Shown here in pieces: positions 55,563 through 64,000 of a stretch of DNA of 64,000 nt. The DNA is taken from NCBI GenBank assembly GCA_963743525.1, contig CAVUQH010000003.1:768001-832000 (forward strand). Reading direction: 5' to 3'. Source of the stretch: an uncultured delta proteobacterium (GTDB lineage Bacteria > Myxococcota_A > Polyangia > Haliangiales > Haliangiaceae). Numbering within the stretch: the first letter of the stretch is position 1; the number at the start of each line of letters is the position of its first letter. The notes below the pieces were generated by a model. The model worked only from the letters and a program-made list of their open reading frames with translations, was not told the origin of the DNA and did no database searches. A program made the position numbers and the translations under genes.

Positions 55563-57472
55563 CTACGGTTGCGCACCCTCGCCTACACCCGCATCGCGAT
55601 CGCGTTTCCACGCGTCGACGTCGCGCTGTCGAATCTCGCCGGCGCGTCGTTCGAGCCCGTCGATCGACTGCCGGACCTCGGCTTCGCGAGCGGCTTCCGC
55701 GCGCGCGTCAGCGGCGAGTTGTCGCAGGTCGGTGGCCAGGGTCGCGAGCGCGGCACGCAGCGACCCACCGGGTGGCTGCCAGTCGCCGGCGGCTTCGACG
55801 ACGGGGCCGCGGCGCGAAAACGACAACGACGCGGCGCCGGCATGTTCGCCGACCCGGACCAGGTACGCGAGCCTACGTTTGGCCTCCTCGGTCTGGACCT
55901 GGGTCAACTGCGCGCGCGCGTCGTTGACCGCGTCGCGGGCCGCGGCCAGCTCTTTGGACACCGGCGCCGGCGAGCCGTCGGACAGCATCAACAGCTTGGC
56001 CGGCGGCGGTGGCTCGGGTGGGAACATCCGCGGCAGCAGGGTTCCCCTCGCCACGATGACGGCAGCGGGACCGGTGCGCGGCGGCCTGGCCGCGGACAAC
56101 CGATCGAGGACCGCCGGGTCGCTGGTCAGGGCCAGGACCGGCCCGAGCTGGCCGACGGCCAGGGTTCCCTGTCCCGGTACGTCGATGGTCGCGCGGCCGG
56201 GGGCGGCTTCGACGTGGCCGCGGAGCATGGGCGCGGTGGCCACGCGATCGACGAGGTCGCGGCCGCGAGTGGGGGTGCGCAGGCGGGCCGCGGCCAGTAC
56301 CGCGGGCGGGTCGCCGGGGCCGAGGGCCAGCCCGACGTCGCCGGTGAGATTGCCGTTCAGCGCACCGCGCAGGTCGAGGGCCAGTCCGTCGGCGTCGCCG
56401 GCGGCGGCCAGCTGGGCCAGGCTGGTGCCGCGGGCTGCCAGCAGCTCGTCGACCACGGTGGTTACCGCCGACGGAGTGGCGCGGAGGTCGATGGCCAGGA
56501 ACGCGTCCGGTCGGGCGCGGGTGACCGGCGCCGCCGTCGGTGCGCCGGGCAGCAGCTGATCGGGCAGCGAGCCGGGCGCGGGGGTCGTGGCCAGCTCGAC
56601 GTGCAACCAATCGGGCGCGGCCGACAGGCCGATGGCGACGGCGCCGAGGGGCGCGACCAGCCGCGCGATCAGGTCGCGCGAGGCGCGGGCGCGGCCGCTG
56701 ATCTGCGTCAGCAGATCGACCTGGCGTTCCAGCGCGGCGGTGTTGGCACCGGAGCCGCGGGCGGCGGCCAGCCGGCGCTGCAGGTCGTCGAGGGTGTGCA
56801 GCACCGTCAGCTCGCGGTCGCCGGGTGCCAGCAGCATGCGCCCGAGGCGATCGACGTCCACATAATCGTTGCGTCGGCGGGGTGGGGCAGGGCGCCGACG
56901 GTGGTGGCAACCTGCGGGTCGGCGGCCAGCGAATCGGCCCGGTCGATGCCGGCGACGCGCACCGCCGACAGGTCGCGCACCGATTTGGGGCCGGGGGTGA
57001 TGACCAGCACCAGGGTGCGGTCGCGGATGACGACGGCGAAGTCGCGGCGGGCGGGCAGGAAGACGCGGGACGACGCCACCTGCGACTCGGCCAGCGGTAT
57101 CTTCGCCGCGCGCGCCTGTGCCAGGACCCAGGCGATGGCGCGGGTGCGGTCGCGCAGCTCGGCGGCCACGGTCCAGACGCCGTGTTCGGCGTCGTTCAGC
57201 GCGACGACGATCGGCCGGTCGGCGGCGATGCCGCTGTCGGCGAGGGCGGCCGGCGACGCGAACCGGGCGCCGAGGGCGGCGGTCACCTGCGACCAACCCA
57301 GGTCGGTGTCAACGGCGGTCGGATCGCGAACCACCATCACCACCGGCGCGGTGTCGCTGACCAGTGCCAGGGCCGGCGGCAGCTCGGCGCGGGACGCTCG
57401 AGCGGCGTGCCCCGGGCGCGGTGACGGACCGCACGCAAGGAGGAACACGGCTGCGGTCGCCAGGGCGCGCAC
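55563..57472 (-). CDS. Hypothetical lipoprotein; apparent -1 frameshift at about 56865
   Basis: Lipobox FLLAC; ORF 56807..57472 joins the frame of 55563.. at DAT(I)YVDVDRL if one base is restored. Confidence 0.6.
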
Positions 57473-57512
57473 CGACCACTCTTAGCTCACATGCGAGTGG
57501 CGGGCAAAATCC

Positions 57513-58337
57513 ATGGCGTGTGCTGGTGGCCCGGGGGTAGATTCCCCTGTCTTGGACGCAGCACCTTCTCAGTCAGCGCCGGCGGCGGCGCCGGGGACAC
57601 CGGCGTTTCGTCGCAGCCGGCCCGAGCGTCCTGATCCGTACGACGCGAGCTGGCGCGAGCGGCTGCTGGTCCTGGGCACCGCCACCGGCATCGTGGTGAC
57701 GGCGCTGGTGCTGGGGTTGATCTTCGCCCACGACGCCACCATCGAGCTGCTCGGCCTGATCCCATTGTCGATGTTCGCCGTCGGCAAGTTCCTGCCGCTG
57801 TGGGGCGTGACCGGCAAGAGCAACTTCGGGCCGTGGGAGCTGGGGCTGGTCATCGGCGTGATCGACACCTGCACGGTGCTGTTCATCGTCTACGCGCTCG
57901 AGGGCCTGTACCGCTTCGCCCGGCTCAAGCGGGCGCTGGAGAAGGTGCAGGCCAACGCCAGCCTGGTGCTGACCGCGTACCCGCGCATCAAGAAGGGCGC
58001 GGTGGTCGGCGTGGCGCTGTTCGTGCTGTTCCCGGTCGCCGGCACCGGGGCGATGATGGGCGCGTTCCTCGGCATCCTGCTCGGCTTGCACCGCTACGTC
58101 ACCATCGCCGCGGTCGCCGCGGGCGGCTTTCTCGGCGGCATGTTGATGGCGTTCCTGGCCGCGTTCTTCCGCGGTGCGATCATCGACATGGAGCAGGTGC
58201 AGCACAATCCGGTGGTCAAATGGTCGACCATCGCGGTGCTGGTGCTGCTCGGGCTGCTGGCGCTGCGCTGGCTGTCGCGCACCTACCGCCGCGCGCTGGA
58301 AGCAGCCCAGCAGCAGGGTGCAGGCCCTCTGCCGTAG
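57513..58337 (+). CDS. Putative small multidrug export-type membrane protein (COG2426-like); start uncertain
   Basis: GVALFVLFPVAGTGAMMG motif; multiple TM helices. Confidence 0.7.
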   Translation: MACAGGPGVDSPVLDAAPSQSAPAAAPGTPAFRRSRPERPDPYDASWRERLLVLGTATGIVVTALVLGLIFAHDATIELLGLIPLSMFAVGKFLPLWGVTGKSNFGPWELGLVIGVIDTCTVLFIVYALEGLYRFARLKRALEKVQANASLVLTAYPRIKKGAVVGVALFVLFPVAGTGAMMGAFLGILLGLHRYVTIAAVAAGGFLGGMLMAFLAAFFRGAIIDMEQVQHNPVVKWSTIAVLVLLGLLALRWLSRTYRRALEAAQQQGAGPLP

Positions 58338-58353
58338 TGGCATAGTAGGGGCC

Positions 58354-59265
58354 ATGGGAGGGAGACTCGCGCTAGTGGTCTGCCTCGCCGCGGCAGCCTG
58401 CGGCGACGGCGCGACCGGAGTGGATCCCGACACGGCCCCGCAGGCGACGGTGGATCGTTTCTCCGACGACGCCGGTACGCTGCAGATGCGGTCGATGTTT
58501 CCGTCGCTGCCGGCGGCGGGGGCGGCCGTCAACTTCGATCAGCCGCCGTTCCAGACCCTGGGATTGGGGCCCGACGGGCAGCAGGTTCGCTACTACAACT
58601 TCGACGTGCAGTCGCGGGTGCCGATGGTGGTTTACGAGCTGGTCGACGAGAGCGACCGGCCCATCGAGGGGCAGCTGCCGATCGTCAGCGCGATTCCCGG
58701 CGAGGCCGGATACAGCGACTTCTGGCAGCTGCGCCGGGCGACGGTGCTGCCCGGCTACGTCGCCAACCAGTACACCAGCGCGGCCGAGCTGGCCGGGCTG
58801 CCGGTGGCGACCGAGCCCCAGCTCTACAACCGCCCGATCGTGCCGCCCGGGTTAACGGCCGTCAACCGGATCGGCGGCGGCGATCCGGGCCTCGAGCGGG
58901 CGTGGCGCGACGGTCAGGTGGTGTGGTTCTTCCGCTTCGCCGAGGCGACCATCGACCCGGTGGCGATCGGTGACTTCGCAGGCCAGATGCCTATCTCGTA
59001 CATCTTCGTCACCTTCAATGTGAACCCGGGTGAGGCCGGTGGCGGCCTGCCGTCGGGGTTCGAGACCGAGCCTGGTACAGATCAAACCCACAACGCGCTG
59101 GCGACTATTCCCTCGGACGCCGACTACTCGCCGCTGTGGATGGTCAACATCTACGACAACGCCTTCTTCGACAGCGTGACCGACTACGACAGCGCAACCA
59201 TGGCGACCGTGCTGGCGGCGCCAGACGGCGGCGTCAACTGTCCGTACAAATACATCGCACCGTAG
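58354..59265 (+). CDS. Hypothetical lipoprotein with duplicated YS(D/P)(F/L)W...N(R/C)P module
   Basis: Lipobox AAAC; two internal repeats ...PGEAGYSDFW...NRP and ...PSDADYSPLW...NCP. Confidence 0.7.
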   Translation: MGGRLALVVCLAAAACGDGATGVDPDTAPQATVDRFSDDAGTLQMRSMFPSLPAAGAAVNFDQPPFQTLGLGPDGQQVRYYNFDVQSRVPMVVYELVDESDRPIEGQLPIVSAIPGEAGYSDFWQLRRATVLPGYVANQYTSAAELAGLPVATEPQLYNRPIVPPGLTAVNRIGGGDPGLERAWRDGQVVWFFRFAEATIDPVAIGDFAGQMPISYIFVTFNVNPGEAGGGLPSGFETEPGTDQTHNALATIPSDADYSPLWMVNIYDNAFFDSVTDYDSATMATVLAAPDGGVNCPYKYIAP

Positions 59266-59314
59266 GGCGATTCGGTTGCTGGCGCGGGCGGCCGGTGCGC
59301 GCTAGCCTTCAGGC

Positions 59315-60046
59315 GTGACGACGCCCAACCTGATGAAGCGCACGACCGCGTCTTCCACGGCGGGCAAGGCGCTGCTGATCTCGGTCGTCATCACCGTGGC
59401 GCTGTACGTCATCCCCAACGGCCGCTACCTCGCCTACCCGCTGCTGCTCATCTCCACGCTGGTGCACGAGCTGGGGCACGGCGTGGCGGCGGTGTTGATG
59501 GGCGGCGAGTTCCACAAGTTCATCATGAACGCCAACGGCTCCGGTGTCGCTTACCACTCGGGCGTCGGCGGCGGCGCCGCGGCGGGGTTCGTCTCGGCCG
59601 GCGGCCTGTGCGGCCCGGCGGTCGGCGCGGCCGCCTGCTTCCTCGGCGCGCGGCGGGCCAAGACCGCCCGCTGGACGCTGGGCATCTTCGGCGCGCTGCT
59701 CGTGCTCGCCGAGATCCTGGTGGTGCGCAACGGCTTCGGCTTCGGCTTCGTCGCCGCGCTGGCAGCGGTGCTGCTGGTGCTGGCGTTGTGGGCCTCGCCC
59801 GCGGTGGCGCAGTTCGGCCTGGTGTTCCTCGGCGTGCAGCTGGCCCTGAGCGTCTTCAGCCGCGGCGACTACCTGTTCACCGACTCCGCCGGCGTGATCA
59901 ACGGCCAGGCGATGCCGTCCGACACCATGCAGATGCAGGTCGCCCTCGGCCTGCCCTACTGGTTCTGGGGCGGCCTGTGTGCCGCCTTCTCCATCGCCGT
60001 CCTCGGCTTCGGCCTGTGGTCGTTCCTGCGACGGGGACGGTCGTAA
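59315..60046 (+). CDS. M50B-like membrane metallopeptidase
   Basis: TLVHELGH, SAGG, late SD motif, multiple TMs. Confidence 0.88.
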   Translation: MTTPNLMKRTTASSTAGKALLISVVITVALYVIPNGRYLAYPLLLISTLVHELGHGVAAVLMGGEFHKFIMNANGSGVAYHSGVGGGAAAGFVSAGGLCGPAVGAAACFLGARRAKTARWTLGIFGALLVLAEILVVRNGFGFGFVAALAAVLLVLALWASPAVAQFGLVFLGVQLALSVFSRGDYLFTDSAGVINGQAMPSDTMQMQVALGLPYWFWGGLCAAFSIAVLGFGLWSFLRRGRS

Positions 60047-60201
60047 GTTTCTAAGAAACTTCCTGAAGCATTCCCTCGCGTTGCCCGAAATCGCTCTGCC
60101 CCCGATGGCCGGGTGTCCGGCGTGGCGGACGCGCGCGGAGTGATTCCGGGCAAGGGACCGGAATCGTGCGCGAAAGAACTTAGAAACTTACGAACGTCCC
60201 C
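60033..60201. mobile_element. MITE-like element, 169 bp, 23-bp terminal inverted repeats
   Basis: GGGGACGGTCGTAAGTTTCTAAG vs reverse complement of 60179-60201 GGGGACGTTCGTAAGTTTCTAAG (1 mismatch). Confidence 0.7.
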
Positions 60202-61022
60202 TAGATGAAGAAGTCGGGGAGGAGGGGGGCGCTCGGGTCGATGGCGTACTGATCCAGGTCGGTGACGCCTTCGGCGGCGAGGACTTCGTCGTCGATGAAG
60301 AAGTTGCCGGTGCATTCGCGCGATGGGCGAGTGAGGACGGCGTGGGCGGCGTCGGCCATGATCTCCGGCTTGCGCGAGCCCTTGATCGCCTGGTCGCCGC
60401 CGAGCAGGTTCTTGACCGCCGCGGTGGCAATGGTGGTGCGCGGCCACAGGGCGTTGACCGCGATCCCCTGCGGCTCGAGCTCCTTGGCCATCCCGAGCAC
60501 GCACATGCTCATGCCGAACTTGGCCATGGTGTAGGCCACGTGTGGCGCGAACCACTTGGCCTCCATGTTGAGGGGCGGCGAGTTCATCAGAATGTGCGGG
60601 TTATCCGACTTGGCCAGATGCGGGATCGCCTTCTGCGAGCAGAGGAAGGTGCCGCGGGTGTTGATGTGGTGCATCAAGTCGTAGCGCTTCATCGGCGTGG
60701 CCACGGTGCCGGTCAGGTGGATGGCGCTGGCGTTGTTGATCAGCACGTCGATGCCGCCGAACGTCTCCACCGTCTTGTCCACTGCCGCCTGCACCTGCGC
60801 CTCTTCGCGCACGTCGCAGATGCACGGCAGCGCCTTGCCGCCGGCCTTCTCGATCTCTTCGGCGGCGGTATAGATGGTGCCGGGCAGCCGCGGGTGGGGC
60901 TCGGCGGTCTTGGCCATGATGGCGATGTTGGCGCCGTCGCGCGCGGCGCGCAGCGCCATCGCCAGGCCGATGCCCCGGCTGGCTCCGGAGATGAGGATGG
61001 TCTTTCCCTGCAGCGTGGCCAT
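60201..61022 (-). CDS. SDR oxidoreductase, HSDL2-like
   Basis: SGASRGIG, KTAEPHPRLPGTIY, NNASAI, YTMAK, NALWPRT. Confidence 0.93.
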   Translation of the reverse strand: MATLQGKTILISGASRGIGLAMALRAARDGANIAIMAKTAEPHPRLPGTIYTAAEEIEKAGGKALPCICDVREEAQVQAAVDKTVETFGGIDVLINNASAIHLTGTVATPMKRYDLMHHINTRGTFLCSQKAIPHLAKSDNPHILMNSPPLNMEAKWFAPHVAYTMAKFGMSMCVLGMAKELEPQGIAVNALWPRTTIATAAVKNLLGGDQAIKGSRKPEIMADAAHAVLTRPSRECTGNFFIDDEVLAAEGVTDLDQYAIDPSAPLLPDFFI

Positions 61023-61055
61023 GCGCGTTTGTAACACGGCCGTCCCGCTCCCGGG

Positions 61056-63169
<2,114 letters not shown>

Positions 63170-63173
<4 letters not shown>

Positions 63174-64000
63174 TCGCCGCTCTTCCCCCGGCCGCGGCCG
63201 AAGATTCGCCCCAGCAGGCCGCGCTCTTTCGTTTCGCCGCCGCCGCCGCCGACCGCCGCCTCGGCGCCGTCGATCACTCCGATCGCCGCACGGGCAAAGT
63301 CGAGCGCTTGCCGCGCCGCGGCTTCACCCTGGGTCTGCGGCGGCTTGCCGGTCAACGTCGCCAGCGGGCGGACGAGCTCGGGAAACGCACCCGGGTTGGG
63401 CGCCTCGGCGCCGTCGCGGCAGCGCTCGAGCGCGTCGACCAGCGTCTCGGTCAAACGCTCGACCGCGGCGGCGAGGGCGGCGTTGAGCTCGTTCTGCCGC
63501 GCCGCGCTGGCGCCCGTGCGCTTGCCGTCGAGGCGCGCGATCTCCGCACCCAGCTTGCCCAGCGCCAGCAGCATGTCCCACAGCGCGTCGATACCGGCGA
63601 CCACCGGATGCTCGGTCGGGTCGTACGGCAGGTCGGGGCGCTTGCGCTTCTTGATCAGCAGCGACAGGTCCAGGCACAGCTGGCCCAGCTCGCTCAGCGC
63701 GACGCGCTCGTCTTCCACATCCTTGGCCACGCGCCGGCGCTTGCCACCACGGTGGGCCTCGATCTTGATGCGCGTCTTGATCTCTTCGCGCAGCTCGCCG
63801 ATCGACTGCTGCAGGTGGGCGTACTTCTGCTCGAGCAGTGGCGCCAGGTCACTGCGCTTTGCCGCGCCCAGCTTGGGTGCCAGAGCGGCCAGTGCCTGGT
63901 TGAGGTAGGTCATGCGCACCAGTCCGCTGGCGTACAGACCGTATTGGTCGACCCCGTTGGTGGCCTGGAACAGCAGCTCCAGCGCCTGCTGATCGATCTG
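63170..64000 (-). CDS. Hypothetical helical protein, 5' truncated by window edge
   Basis: Frame open to base 64000; stop overlaps the ATPase start (ATGA). Confidence 0.75.

Overview
Very high-GC, gene-dense bacterial window with myxobacterial hallmarks: a MYXO-CTERM protease, an Oar-like TonB-dependent transporter, a giant TPR protein, many lipoproteins and sigma54 promoters. The Myxococcota assignment is inference. About 53 genes can be supported, mostly metabolic, envelope or signalling. I see no rRNA, tRNA or CRISPR array. The most striking locus (30634-37288) is an ECF sigma factor, a small zinc-binding anti-sigma-like protein and a ClpA-type unfoldase with an intact ClpP-docking IGF loop. 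In that unfoldase the usual N-domain is replaced by a catalytically dead PP2C-like domain and a degenerate cyclase-like tail is added. It lies tail-to-tail with a large Hanks Ser/Thr kinase, suggesting a phosphorylation-directed proteolysis switch. Other notable items: a claudin/PMP22-like four-TM protein, a stand-alone homogentisate-dioxygenase-like metal site, a C39-peptidase/TPR protein, a DUF222-HNH gene with internal and flanking microsatellites, a 169-bp MITE-like element, an exact 64-bp tandem duplication and an orphan eCIS-type AAA ATPase. Five genes carry single-base frameshifts. Four of these, plus many odd substitutions, fall at (G)TCGAC, which points to methylation-linked sequencing error rather than real pseudogenes.
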